DNA of 36,445 nucleotides. It comes from Candidatus Udaeobacter sp. (GTDB lineage Bacteria > Verrucomicrobiota > Verrucomicrobiia > Chthoniobacterales > UBA10450). Where the stretch lies: positions 1-36,445 of the forward strand of contig DASXOI010000301.1 in NCBI GenBank assembly GCA_036494375.1, given 5' to 3'. Below, one piece after another: positions 8,278-17,211 of the stretch. Below the pieces are notes generated by a model. It was not told the DNA's origin, made no database searches, and saw only the letters and a list, made by a program, of their open reading frames with translations. The translations under genes and the position numbers were made by a program. Every line of letters begins with the position of its first letter. The stretch's first letter is position 1.

Positions 8278-9025
8278 ATTCTGGACCCTGTTCACGCGCG
8301 AAGTGCGCAGCTATTTCTACTCTCCTATCGCCTACATCGTGATGATCTTTTTTCTGATCATCAGCGGGATCGATTTTTATTTTCAGGTCTCGTTCATGAA
8401 CCAGCGCCAGGTGCAATACACCATCCAGGAAGCATTCTTTAATTCGGTCTTTTTCTGGTTCGCATTCGTTTTGATTTTTCCTTTGATCACGATGCGCTTG
8501 TTTGCCGAAGAATTTAAGCTCGGCACGATCGAACCTCTCACGACTGCGCCTGTTCGGGACTGGCAGGTAGTGCTCTCGAAATTTTTTGGCGCACTCGTGT
8601 TTTACCTGATCCTCTGGATCCCGACGCTCGTTTATTTTTGGATTTTCGCGAAGGTAACAAACCAGCCGGCCGCGCATTCTCCGGGATCATACTTCGGCTC
8701 TTACCTGATGCTGTTGCTCCTTGGAATGTTTTATCTTTCCATTGGGTGTCTCACATCGGTGCTGACCCGGAACCAGATTATTGCCGCGGTCATTTCGTTC
8801 TGCGCAATTACGCTGCTGTTTTTCCTCGGCCTGGTGCAGTTCATCCTGCTGGATGTTACATCCGAGACGCGCGATTTGTTAGGCTACTTCTCAGCGATCG
8901 AACACATGGGAACGTTCTCCCGAGGCATCATCGATACGCGGCCGATCGTTCTCTATGTGAGCATGACCGTTGTCATGCTGATGCTCACGTATCAGGCATT
9001 CCAATCCCGAAAATGGAGGCTCTGA
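8270..9025 (+). CDS. ABC-2 type transporter permease (GldF-like)
   Basis: 251 aa with about six hydrophobic spans. The N-terminus MRKFWTLFTREVRSYFYSPIAYIVMIFFL is typical of this permease class. It sits in the ATPase/permease/GldG-like gene order. Confidence 0.85.
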   Translation: MRKFWTLFTREVRSYFYSPIAYIVMIFFLIISGIDFYFQVSFMNQRQVQYTIQEAFFNSVFFWFAFVLIFPLITMRLFAEEFKLGTIEPLTTAPVRDWQVVLSKFFGALVFYLILWIPTLVYFWIFAKVTNQPAAHSPGSYFGSYLMLLLLGMFYLSIGCLTSVLTRNQIIAAVISFCAITLLFFLGLVQFILLDVTSETRDLLGYFSAIEHMGTFSRGIIDTRPIVLYVSMTVVMLMLTYQAFQSRKWRL

Positions 9026-9028
9026 TAT

Positions 9029-10534
9029 ATGGCTGACGAACGAAAGAAGCCTCTCACGCGCCGGAGAATGAAAATTGGGCGGATCAGGATCGGTCTCAAC
9101 GTTGTCGTCCAGATCGTGTTGATTCTGTTTCTCGCTGCAATGGTGAATTCGCTCGCCTTCAAACATTACAAGCGTTGGGATTTTTCACGCGACCAACAAT
9201 ATACGTTGTCCGACAAGACAAAGCGTTTCCTTGACACGCTCAAGGGCAAGATGCGCATCACCGTTTTCTTTTCGCCTGGCACGCCCATTACCGCGGATCT
9301 TCAGAATCTGCTGACCGAATATCAGTACGCCGGGAAAGGAAAGATCGACGTCGAGCAAATCGATCCGGAGCGGAACCTCTCCCGGGCCAAGGAGTTGTTC
9401 GATAAATACAAGGTCGTCACCGACGAAAGCCTTCTAGTGCTCGACTACGACGGGCGTAACAAAACAGTGAAGGCATCGGAGATGGCCGATATTGACCAGA
9501 GCGGGATGGCAATGGGCGAAGGTCCGCGGGTCGCCGCATTCAAAGGCGAACAGGCGATTACCAGCGCGATGATCGACCTTGTGGAAGGGAAGAAGAAAAT
9601 CTTGGGATACGTCACGGGTCATAAGGAACCGGCGCTTTCCGCACCCACGAGCCCCATCACGCTGCTGAAGACGTTTATCGAAAATGAAAACATCAAGTTT
9701 CAAGAGCTGAACCTTCTCGATCAGCCTGCAATCCCAGCCGATGTGAACGCAGTGATGATCCTCGGACCGCAATACGATCTTTCCGATCGCGAAATGCAAG
9801 TGCTGCGCGATTTCTGGGACAAACAAGGACGCATCCTGGTCTTTGTCGATCCGGCAGCCAACACGCCCAGACTACGTGCCTTTCTTGATGAGTTGGGCGT
9901 CAAAGTAAATGACGACAGGCTGATGGTTTTCGTGCGCACAGGAATTCAAGAGCTCGCACTGACGAGAGATGTCCAGGCGCATTTCCTCGGCGACAGCCCG
10001 ATCACGAAGCGGCTTGCGGATGTGCGGGCCATTTTTGTTGGCGGCACAGCTTCACTCGCACTGGATCCGAACCGCGGGCGAGCTGTTAACATCCGGCTGG
10101 AGCCGCTCATCCAGGCAGAAAAAGGCTACTTTGCCGAAACCGATTACAACTCAGACAATCAGGTGAAGCTGCAAGCGGACGCGCAGAAAGCCGGCGATGT
10201 GCCGCTAACAATCGCTGCCTCAGCGGAAAAGGGCGGCAGCGTCGATGCTCGTGTGCAGGTGAACTCGTCACGGCTCGTTGCGGTGAGCAACGCCACGTTC
10301 ATTCAAGACAATGCGATCATGCAGGATCAGGCGGCGCTCGATTTTGTTTCCGGTGCAGTGAACTGGCTGCTGAGCCGCGAACAATTGATCGGTATCGCAC
10401 CAAAAATTCCGAAGCCACTCACGTTCAGCCTCGACCCGGAAGGATTGCGCCGGCTGCGCTGGATTCTTCTGGTTCTGATGCCGCTGATTCCCGCCGTCAT
10501 CGGAACAGTCGTCTGGTGGCAACGTCGCGTCTGA
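9029..10534 (+). CDS. GldG-like ABC transporter auxiliary protein (ABC_transp_aux type)
   Basis: 501 aa. N- and C-terminal membrane anchors (VVVQIVLILFLAAMVNSLAF; WILLVLMPLIPAVIGTVVWW) flank a large extracytoplasmic domain. It starts 3 nt after the permease stop. The family call rests on architecture and gene order. Confidence 0.65.
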   Translation: MADERKKPLTRRRMKIGRIRIGLNVVVQIVLILFLAAMVNSLAFKHYKRWDFSRDQQYTLSDKTKRFLDTLKGKMRITVFFSPGTPITADLQNLLTEYQYAGKGKIDVEQIDPERNLSRAKELFDKYKVVTDESLLVLDYDGRNKTVKASEMADIDQSGMAMGEGPRVAAFKGEQAITSAMIDLVEGKKKILGYVTGHKEPALSAPTSPITLLKTFIENENIKFQELNLLDQPAIPADVNAVMILGPQYDLSDREMQVLRDFWDKQGRILVFVDPAANTPRLRAFLDELGVKVNDDRLMVFVRTGIQELALTRDVQAHFLGDSPITKRLADVRAIFVGGTASLALDPNRGRAVNIRLEPLIQAEKGYFAETDYNSDNQVKLQADAQKAGDVPLTIAASAEKGGSVDARVQVNSSRLVAVSNATFIQDNAIMQDQAALDFVSGAVNWLLSREQLIGIAPKIPKPLTFSLDPEGLRRLRWILLVLMPLIPAVIGTVVWWQRRV

Positions 10535-10535
10535 C

Positions 10536-12419
10536 ATGAATTGGAGGAACACGCTCATCCTGGCAATCATTGCGATCGCTGGTGTCGCTTATTTCAGATT
10601 TTTCGAAATGAAGCGGCCGAGCACGGAAGAAGCCCGGCGTCAGTCGCAAAACATGGTCAATTTCGATCGAACCAAGATCGATGGAATCGTGATCCAAAAC
10701 GGGGATCAAAAGATCGAAATCCGGCGCAGCGAAAACAAATGGCGTTTGGAAACGCCTATCAAGGACCAGGCCGATACGGCGTTAGTCGATACTTTGTTGT
10801 CGGATGTGGAGAACTGGCAAAAAGAGCGAACCATCCCCGCGAAAGAGATCGACTCTGATAAGAGCAAGCTCGCCGAGTACGGCCTGAACAATCCAAAACT
10901 GAAACTGAAATTGCTGGGGCACGATCGGCCGCCGGAAATTTTGTTTGGCAAAGATGCCGCAATGGAAGGCAAAATGTATGTGCGATTCCAGAACTCAAAG
11001 GAAACGTTTCTTGTCGGCCAATCGGTGAAGAAAGACATAGACAAAAAACCGGAGGAATTCCGGGACAAAAAACTGACCGATTTGAGCAACGCACAAGTGC
11101 GCAGGGTGGTGATGAAAACGCCCGCCGGCGAAATCGAACTGGAGAAGAAAGACACGAACTGGGAGATCGTAAAACCCCTCCGCGCCCGCGCCGATGATCA
11201 GAAAGTCAACGATCTGATCTCGCAGGTCACGTCGGCGCGCATTGGACAATTTGTGGCTGACGATCGTGGCGACCTGCGCCAGTACGGATTAGCGGAGCCG
11301 CGCGGGTCAATCACCTTGTTCGATCAGGAGCAAAAAAAAGATCAGAAAGTGGAGATCGGCGAATCTATCAAGGTTGCCGGCCGGGAGGAGAAAGGGCAGA
11401 CGTTGCAAATTGGCGCGATACCCGAAAAAGAAAAAGAGCAGGTGTACGTGCGGTTCGTTCCTCGCGGATCTGTTTACACCTTGCCGAAAAAACTCGAAGA
11501 GATCCTTAACACGAAGCCGGCGGACTTGCGGGACAATCATCTGGTTCGGATCGACACCAACATTCTTGATCGGATCACGATCGATGCGCCGGGCAAAACC
11601 AAACCCGTTCTCGCGCGCAAAGACGGCAATTGGACAATCGTCAACCGAAACAACGCACCAGCAGATGCAGGCGCAGTTCGCCGCATGATCGACGCGCTGC
11701 AAAACGAGCGGGTGACAAAATTCGTCGAAGACGTTGCTTCCAATCTGCCGAAGTACGGCCTCGATAAGCCGCAGCTGCAATTGACGTTCAGTTCATTCGC
11801 CTCAGAGAACACGGCCGAAACGAAAGCGGGCGAGGAACCGTTCGCCACAGTTGCCTTTGGAAAAGACGAAGGCGACAACGTTTACGCGCGCCTCACCGAT
11901 GAGCCATTTGTCGTGGCAGTGCGGCGGGGATTGCTCGATCAGATTTCACCTGATCCCCTGCAATGGCAGGAGTTGTCGATCTTCAAATTTAAGCCGGAGC
12001 AGATTCATAGCCTCAGTGTCACGACTGACAAAGAGCTGTCGTTAGAACGCCATCAAAATAACCAGTGGCATTGGCTGAAAGGAAACGGCGCAATCAATCA
12101 GACGAATTTGCAATCGGTGCTTACAACTATGTCGAGCTTACATGCGGTGCGCTGGCTCGGAACGACAACACCTCAGCAGGGATTCGATAAACCACAGCTC
12201 GTGCTCACCTTTACGACTTCAGCCGACAACAAGGCACCACACAAACTCACGGTCGGCACTCAAAACAACGACGGCACATTTTTCGCACGTATGGAAGGAC
12301 GCGATGGCACATTTACAATCCGCCGTTCCGACTTGAACAATTTGAAGTTGCCACTTGAAACGCAAGGCACGGCGTCCCCTTCGCCAACAACGGCCGCGAG
12401 TCCGAGCGCTGCGCCCTAA
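10536..12419 (+). CDS. DUF4340-type membrane-anchored protein with four repeated modules
   Basis: 627 aa with an N-terminal TM (LILAIIAIAGVAYF). Four similar modules are visible: NKWRLETPIKDQADTALVDTLLSDV, TNWEIVKPLRARADDQKVNDLISQV, GNWTIVNRNNAPADAGAVRRMIDAL, NQWHWLKGNGAINQTNLQSVLTTM. This pattern, and the position after a gldG-like gene, is what I associate with DUF4340. Confidence 0.6.
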   Translation: MNWRNTLILAIIAIAGVAYFRFFEMKRPSTEEARRQSQNMVNFDRTKIDGIVIQNGDQKIEIRRSENKWRLETPIKDQADTALVDTLLSDVENWQKERTIPAKEIDSDKSKLAEYGLNNPKLKLKLLGHDRPPEILFGKDAAMEGKMYVRFQNSKETFLVGQSVKKDIDKKPEEFRDKKLTDLSNAQVRRVVMKTPAGEIELEKKDTNWEIVKPLRARADDQKVNDLISQVTSARIGQFVADDRGDLRQYGLAEPRGSITLFDQEQKKDQKVEIGESIKVAGREEKGQTLQIGAIPEKEKEQVYVRFVPRGSVYTLPKKLEEILNTKPADLRDNHLVRIDTNILDRITIDAPGKTKPVLARKDGNWTIVNRNNAPADAGAVRRMIDALQNERVTKFVEDVASNLPKYGLDKPQLQLTFSSFASENTAETKAGEEPFATVAFGKDEGDNVYARLTDEPFVVAVRRGLLDQISPDPLQWQELSIFKFKPEQIHSLSVTTDKELSLERHQNNQWHWLKGNGAINQTNLQSVLTTMSSLHAVRWLGTTTPQQGFDKPQLVLTFTTSADNKAPHKLTVGTQNNDGTFFARMEGRDGTFTIRRSDLNNLKLPLETQGTASPSPTTAASPSAAP

Positions 12420-12423
12420 CCAG

Positions 12424-12927
12424 TCATCGCTTCGTTTTTTCGCGCGATTTTGGCGATGGAGATGGGCGGACCGCAGCGCCGCCTGTGCGGCTGATTAATT
12501 TGCCAGAGGCATCAAAGACAGAATACCCAGTTTGCTTGCCTGCTGGGTCGTAACTGTAAACGATCTTGTTCAGAAGCGTGCCGTTGGCTGCGCTTTGGGC
12601 TTCTTCCAGAAGGTGACCTGCGTCATCGTACTTGTAACGGCTCTTGAGCCGAACGCGGCCATCGGGTCCGGAAACTTCTCCGGTCGAGAACCGGCCAGCA
12701 TTGTCGAGTTGATAACGAATCGTCTGCCGAACTTTGCCATCCGGATCTGTGGTCGTGGAGACTGCGGTGTGCTGTGTGTTATCGAAGTTGTAAACGGTCC
12801 GTGAGCCATCCGGGTGCATTGACATCGTGACTCGCACGGCGTCAGTCGACGCCTGGCCGAAGCCGGTCGCGCTGCCGCCCATGAGAAGAGCGCACGTGAG
12901 CCCGGACGCGAAGCGGAAACATTTCAT
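12424..12927 (-). CDS. Small secreted protein with three YD/RHS-like repeats
   Basis: The ORF track gives 12424..12987. An internal ATG at 12927 gives MKCFRFASGLTCALLMGGSATGFGQAS, which looks like a signal peptide. Three roughly 23-aa repeats are visible: IRYQLDNAGRFSTGEVSGPDGRV, SRYKYDDAGHLLEEAQSAANGTL, IVYSYDPAGKQTGYSVFDASGKL. Confidence 0.55.
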   Translation of the reverse strand: MKCFRFASGLTCALLMGGSATGFGQASTDAVRVTMSMHPDGSRTVYNFDNTQHTAVSTTTDPDGKVRQTIRYQLDNAGRFSTGEVSGPDGRVRLKSRYKYDDAGHLLEEAQSAANGTLLNKIVYSYDPAGKQTGYSVFDASGKLISRTGGAAVRPSPSPKSREKTKR

Positions 12928-13071
12928 GATTCGGACGAGCTTACGAATTTCGCTGCGGCGACGCAACAGAACGTTCGTAGATGTCATTGCAGCGAGACCG
13001 GAGTAATCCTCACTTCCTGCGTCTCCTCGCGAAGGGACAGGCCAAGCGTGCGCCAGATAAAATGTTCGTAT

Positions 13072-13299
13072 TTAGCGCCAACGACGCGTTCTCAACTGCG
13101 ACCCTGGGGCATCGACCCAGGTATTCGGTTGCGTTATGAAATCAGCGCTGAAAGCGCGACTCAATTCGATTGGGACACGGCGCTCCTGATCATGCGGCTG
13201 CTGCGCGACTGAATCGCGCTTTCAGCGCTTCGATGTTTTTGGCATTATGTTCCTAGGGCGTTGCCCCAGCTCGCAATGACACCGCGCCTTTGGCGCTAA
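13072..13299. repeat. Nested palindromic REP/MITE-like element, family C
   Basis: Outer arms are TTAGCGCCAA (13072-13081) and TTGGCGCTAA (13290-13299). Middle pairing is CTGGGGCA / TGCCCCAG. The inner pairing is a perfect 16 nt, AGCGCTGAAAGCGCGA / TCGCGCTTTCAGCGCT, within 13143-13229. The whole 228 bp reads as one long imperfect hairpin. Confidence 0.75.
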
Positions 13300-13444
13300 G
13301 CGGATCAAGAGAAAACCTGGCACAATGACACTGCGGGTTGGGCGCCAAACTCAGGCGGGAACGGAGATGCGGCCGGCGCACCGAACTTCACCCAGCGCTA
13401 ACCGCAACTGGATGAAAGATTTTTATTGACCGTCTCCTGCGGAG

Positions 13445-13479
13445 GTGGTTAAAGGTGGGGTCAAGTGGAGTAAAGTGGG
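13445..13479 (+). promoter_or_regulatory. Putative MraZ operator: four GTGG(G) boxes at exact 10-nt phasing
   Basis: GTGG occurs at 13445, 13455, 13465 and 13475, in aGGTGGtt, aGGTGGGg, aaGTGGAg and aaGTGGGc. The array ends 10-20 nt upstream of the mraZ ATGs. E. coli MraZ binds TGGGN direct repeats with the same 10-nt period, and mollicute boxes read AAAGTGG. Confidence 0.55.
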
Positions 13480-13489
13480 CTATTACTCC

Positions 13490-13954
13490 ATGCGACCAAT
13501 GGACGCTGATTCCCAACCTGAACGCTTCTACGCTGGAGAGTTCCGGCATTCGATTGACGAGAAGAATCGCATTACGATCCCATCGCGTTGGCGTCGGGAT
13601 GGTCCTGAGGATTTCATCCTTTTGCCTGAGGCGACACACCAGTTTCTGCTGGTCATGTCGCCAAAGGAGTTCGCGAAAATGAGTTCGGCCGCGGAAACGA
13701 ACGAGAAGGTTTCCGCGCGCGATCGCCGCGTGTTCCTGCGTCAGGTGCATTCTCGCGCTCAACACGCGGGCGCGGACCGGCAGGGTCGCCTCGTTTTGCC
13801 GGACGAACTTTGCCAAAAAGTTGGATTAAAAAACGAAGTCGCTCTCGTAGGTAATCGCGGGCGTTTTGAAATTTGGAATTTGCAACGCTGGAAACAGGCA
13901 CACGAAGAGGAAACGGCTACTTACCAGCATGTAGCAAAGGAGATTGGATTGTAA
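13490..13954 (+). CDS. mraZ: Transcriptional regulator MraZ
   Basis: Contains two AbrB/SpoVT-like half domains, DEKNRITIPSRWR and DRQGRLVLPDELC. ATG 13490 or ATG 13499 gives 152-155 aa. The GTG 13445 start in the ORF track lies inside the operator repeats and adds a non-conserved extension. Confidence 0.88.
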   Translation: MRPMDADSQPERFYAGEFRHSIDEKNRITIPSRWRRDGPEDFILLPEATHQFLLVMSPKEFAKMSSAAETNEKVSARDRRVFLRQVHSRAQHAGADRQGRLVLPDELCQKVGLKNEVALVGNRGRFEIWNLQRWKQAHEEETATYQHVAKEIGL

Positions 13955-14978
13955 TCGTATGGTGCGCCAACTCGTCATGAATCCGCTTTGGATCGAACCA
14001 CCCGCATGGCTCGCCATCAATCCAAAGGCAGTAGAGGAGTCCGCGGAGCTGCCGGAGGATTTTATTTACCATCGTCCGGTTTTGCAGACCGAAGCGCTTG
14101 AACTACTCAAGCCGAAAGCAGGCTCGCTGATCCTCGACGGAACGTGCGGCGGCGGCGGGCACACTGAAGCGCTGCTAGAAAGCGGCGCGGATGTCCTGGC
14201 GTTGGATCAGGATCCTGATGCAGTCCGGCAAGTGACAGAGCGTCTGGCGCATCATGGCCGGCGAATCATCGTGCGGCAGGCAAATTTCCGATATGCAGAT
14301 TGTGTTCTCGACGAACTCGGGATTCCCACAATCGCAGGCGCGTTTCTTGATCTGGGTGTTTCTTCCCGGCAATTCGAAAACGCGGAGCGCGGGTTCAGTT
14401 TAATTCGAAACGGTCCGCTCGACATGCGGATGGATCCGCAAACAACTCTCACCGCGGCGACAATCGTGAACGATTACAGCGAAGAGGACTTGACCCGCCT
14501 CTTTCGTGAACTCGGCGAAGAACCGGCCGCTCGCCGCATCGCCAGCATGATCGTGAAGATACGTAAGACTTCGCCATTTCGTGAAACGCTCCCGCTCGCG
14601 CGCACAATTGAAAAGCTGGTGGGCCGTCACGGACGACACCACCCGGCGACTCAAGTATTTCAGGCGCTGCGAATGGAAGTAAACGACGAGCTTGGAGCAC
14701 TGGAACAAGGCCTGCGCGTCTTAACGGCGCGACTTGGGCGAGGCGGACGCATCGCGGTGATCACTTTCCATTCGCTGGAGGACCGGATAGTGAAAAACTT
14801 CTTTCGAGATCATAGCAAGGAATGGCTCGACAGGCCCGAATGGCCTGAACCGCGGCGGAATCCCGACTACGACCTTGCGATTGTTACAGCGAAACCCGTG
14901 GCGCCGAGCGAGGAAGAACAGCGCGCGAATCCCAGATCGCGAAGCGCGAAGTTGCGCGTGGCGGAGAAGATCAAATGA
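13944..14978 (+). CDS. rsmH: 16S rRNA (cytosine1402-N4)-methyltransferase
   Basis: Motifs: HRPVLQTEALELL, SAM loop GTCGGGGHTEALL, LDLGVSSRQFE, ITFHSLEDRIVK. The start is uncertain: TTG 13944, ATG 13959 or ATG 13977. Confidence 0.92.
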   Translation: MDCNRMVRQLVMNPLWIEPPAWLAINPKAVEESAELPEDFIYHRPVLQTEALELLKPKAGSLILDGTCGGGGHTEALLESGADVLALDQDPDAVRQVTERLAHHGRRIIVRQANFRYADCVLDELGIPTIAGAFLDLGVSSRQFENAERGFSLIRNGPLDMRMDPQTTLTAATIVNDYSEEDLTRLFRELGEEPAARRIASMIVKIRKTSPFRETLPLARTIEKLVGRHGRHHPATQVFQALRMEVNDELGALEQGLRVLTARLGRGGRIAVITFHSLEDRIVKNFFRDHSKEWLDRPEWPEPRRNPDYDLAIVTAKPVAPSEEEQRANPRSRSAKLRVAEKIK

Positions 14979-15352
14979 ACAGATCACGGCGACGAAATTG
15001 TAATACCGTGAACGCGGCATCATTGGCGCGCTGGATTGTGATGACGGCATTTCTCGCGCTTGCCGGGTTGGCTTATGTCTATTTGACGCTGCAACTATAT
15101 CACCTTGGCGAGCGCAGAAAGGCAGTGGAGAACGATCTTGCGAAGTTGCACATGGAAAACGATGTGGCCGCCGGACAGATCGCGGCGCTTACCTCGCGCA
15201 CGGCGTTGCAACGCCGCTTGAAGGAAGGGTACCTGAAAATGGTTCCTGTTTCGGATTCGAAGATCGTGCGGCTCACAATTCCGGCGCGATCGACTGACGA
15301 AGAGGCGATTCAACCCGTAGTGAACCCTTTGCCGCAACATGAATCCAAGTAG
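14975..15352 (+). CDS. ftsL: Cell division protein FtsL-like (small bitopic coiled-coil protein)
   Basis: 125 aa with a basic N-terminus, one TM (WIVMTAFLALAGLAYVYLTL) and a heptad-like region. It occupies the canonical slot between rsmH and ftsI. ATGA overlap with rsmH. Confidence 0.7.
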   Translation: MNRSRRRNCNTVNAASLARWIVMTAFLALAGLAYVYLTLQLYHLGERRKAVENDLAKLHMENDVAAGQIAALTSRTALQRRLKEGYLKMVPVSDSKIVRLTIPARSTDEEAIQPVVNPLPQHESK

Positions 15353-17153
15353 CCGAACTCGTTGCGCTCTCGTGTGCGCTGCTTTCATCGGCTTGTTCAG
15401 CATCTTTTCGTTCCGATTGATCTATTTGCAGGCAATCAAGCATGACGAATACGCAGGGCTCGCTGCGGAAACGCACGTTCACCAGCAGGTCATTCACGCC
15501 GAACGGGGCAAGATTCTGGACGCGAACAATGAAGTTCTCGCGCACAACATTCCTGTCGACACTGTCGTAGCTGACGCGACGCACCTCAGCGATGTGCAAG
15601 CAACCGTTAATCTCCTGAATACCGAACTGGAGATCCCCTCCCAGGAACTCACCGAAAAATTAAACAGCGGCCGCCGCTACATCGTCATCAAGCGCGAGGT
15701 AGCAGCGACGCAAGCAAACGCGCTGCGTGAAAAACTTCGCGCCAACAAACTGCGCGGAATTTACTTGGAGCACGACGCGACGCGCTTTTACCCCAACGGC
15801 TCGATGCTTTGCCACGTGATTGGGTTTACGGATTTCGATCACCACGGCGTCCAGGGTGTTGAAGCCTCAATGGAAGAATACCTCCACGGACAGGACGGTT
15901 ACCGGTTCATTGAGCAGAACCGTGCCGGCAAGGAGATCGTGCCTTATCGCGGGCAGGAACGCGCCTCCCGAGATGGTTATCAGGTACATCTGACTGTGGA
16001 TCTTGGGTTGCAGAGCATTGTCGAGGAAGAAATCGATGCGGCGATGAAGGAGTATTCTCCACAAAAGGCGACGATCATTCTGATGCGGCCGCAGACTGGC
16101 GAAATCCTGGCGATCGCGAACCGTCCAAACTTTGATTTAAACCTCCGCTCTGAGGCCAAGCCCGAACAAATGAAGAACCGGGCCATCATCGACATGATGG
16201 AACCAGGTTCCACCTTTAAGATCGTAGCCGCTGCCTCTGCTCTCAATGAACACAAGTTGCGTCTGGATTCGCAGCTTTTTTGTGAAAACGGTCTTTGGAA
16301 CTACGGTGGCTCCGCTCTGCACGATCATCGCGCATTCGGCTATCTGAGCGTCCGCGACATTCTGGTCAAATCGAGCAACATCGGAGCCGCGAAGCTTGCT
16401 CTGAGTATTGGCGATCAGAAATTTTACGAATACATCCGGCGCTTTGGATTTGGCGAGCGCACCGGAATTGAACTGCCGGGCGAGATCAATGGAGTGATTC
16501 GGCCCCCGCAAACGTGGAGCAAAATCTCCATCACGCGCATTCCGATGGGACACGAGGTCGGCGTCACCGCATTGCAGATGACAACGGCAATGGCAACAAT
16601 CGCTAATGGCGGCAAACTGGTGACGCCTCGGATTATAAAATCTGTCATGGCATCGGACGGCAAAATAGTCAGCTCAGTGTCGCCGGTGGTACTACGTCAG
16701 GTCATTTCTCCTGAAACCGCCAAACAAATTGGTGATGCGTTGCGCGGTGTCGTGAGCGATCAGGGAACCGCCGCCGCTGCTGCTGTGCCCGGGTTTATTA
16801 TCGCTGGGAAAACTGGGACCGCGCAAAAGGTCAATCCGCACGGCGGATACGACCATGGGAAGTACGTCGTTTCATTCATCGGGTATCTGCCGGCGGATCA
16901 CCCTGAGTTTGTCGGCCTCGTTGTGCTGGACGATGCACAGACGAGCAAACCTGAACTGAATTACGGCGGGCTTGTCGCTGGACCGATTTTTTCCCGCGTT
17001 GCCGAAAAGGCCGCCCATTATCTTGATCTTGAGCCGCATGAGGAGATTCGCAAAGCGATTCCCATTCAGCGAGTCGAAAAACCAAAGCCGGCAGAGCGAC
17101 TCCGCAAGGTGCCGGCAGCACGAATCGCCTTAACCGATGGTTCGCGACGTTGA
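15339..17153 (+). CDS. ftsI: Division-specific class B penicillin-binding protein (peptidoglycan D,D-transpeptidase)
   Basis: N-terminal TM. Motifs: SxxK in GSTFKIVAA, SxN in KSSNIG, KTG in GKTGTAQK. 604 aa. Confidence 0.92.
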   Translation: MNPSSRTRCALVCAAFIGLFSIFSFRLIYLQAIKHDEYAGLAAETHVHQQVIHAERGKILDANNEVLAHNIPVDTVVADATHLSDVQATVNLLNTELEIPSQELTEKLNSGRRYIVIKREVAATQANALREKLRANKLRGIYLEHDATRFYPNGSMLCHVIGFTDFDHHGVQGVEASMEEYLHGQDGYRFIEQNRAGKEIVPYRGQERASRDGYQVHLTVDLGLQSIVEEEIDAAMKEYSPQKATIILMRPQTGEILAIANRPNFDLNLRSEAKPEQMKNRAIIDMMEPGSTFKIVAAASALNEHKLRLDSQLFCENGLWNYGGSALHDHRAFGYLSVRDILVKSSNIGAAKLALSIGDQKFYEYIRRFGFGERTGIELPGEINGVIRPPQTWSKISITRIPMGHEVGVTALQMTTAMATIANGGKLVTPRIIKSVMASDGKIVSSVSPVVLRQVISPETAKQIGDALRGVVSDQGTAAAAAVPGFIIAGKTGTAQKVNPHGGYDHGKYVVSFIGYLPADHPEFVGLVVLDDAQTSKPELNYGGLVAGPIFSRVAEKAAHYLDLEPHEEIRKAIPIQRVEKPKPAERLRKVPAARIALTDGSRR

Positions 17154-17211
17154 GTACCTCGTCCCGGTTCGCCGTAGCAAATCCGTCTCCTGTCGGAGAT
17201 GTTAAAGCCTC

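Noticed and set aside
12417-12426. Convergent stop codons of the DUF4340 gene and the YD-repeat gene lie only 4 nt apart with no room for a terminator.
   Set aside because: This is noted as a curiosity only. Tail-to-tail packing like this occurs in compact genomes, and no structure or signal is visible to interpret.
13426-13454. Sigma-70-like promoter TTGACC-17 nt-TTAAAG upstream of mraZ, considered as a separate feature.
   Set aside because: The -35 is good but the -10 matches only 3 of 6 consensus positions, and promoter consensus in this lineage is not known to me. It is mentioned under the MraZ-box finding instead.
13445-13489. GTG 13445 as the mraZ start (169-aa call).
   Set aside because: The codon is box 1 of the 10-nt-phased GTGG array. 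The encoded MVKGGVKWSKVGYYS is simply the translated repeat, and the conserved MraZ sequence starts after ATG 13490 or 13499.
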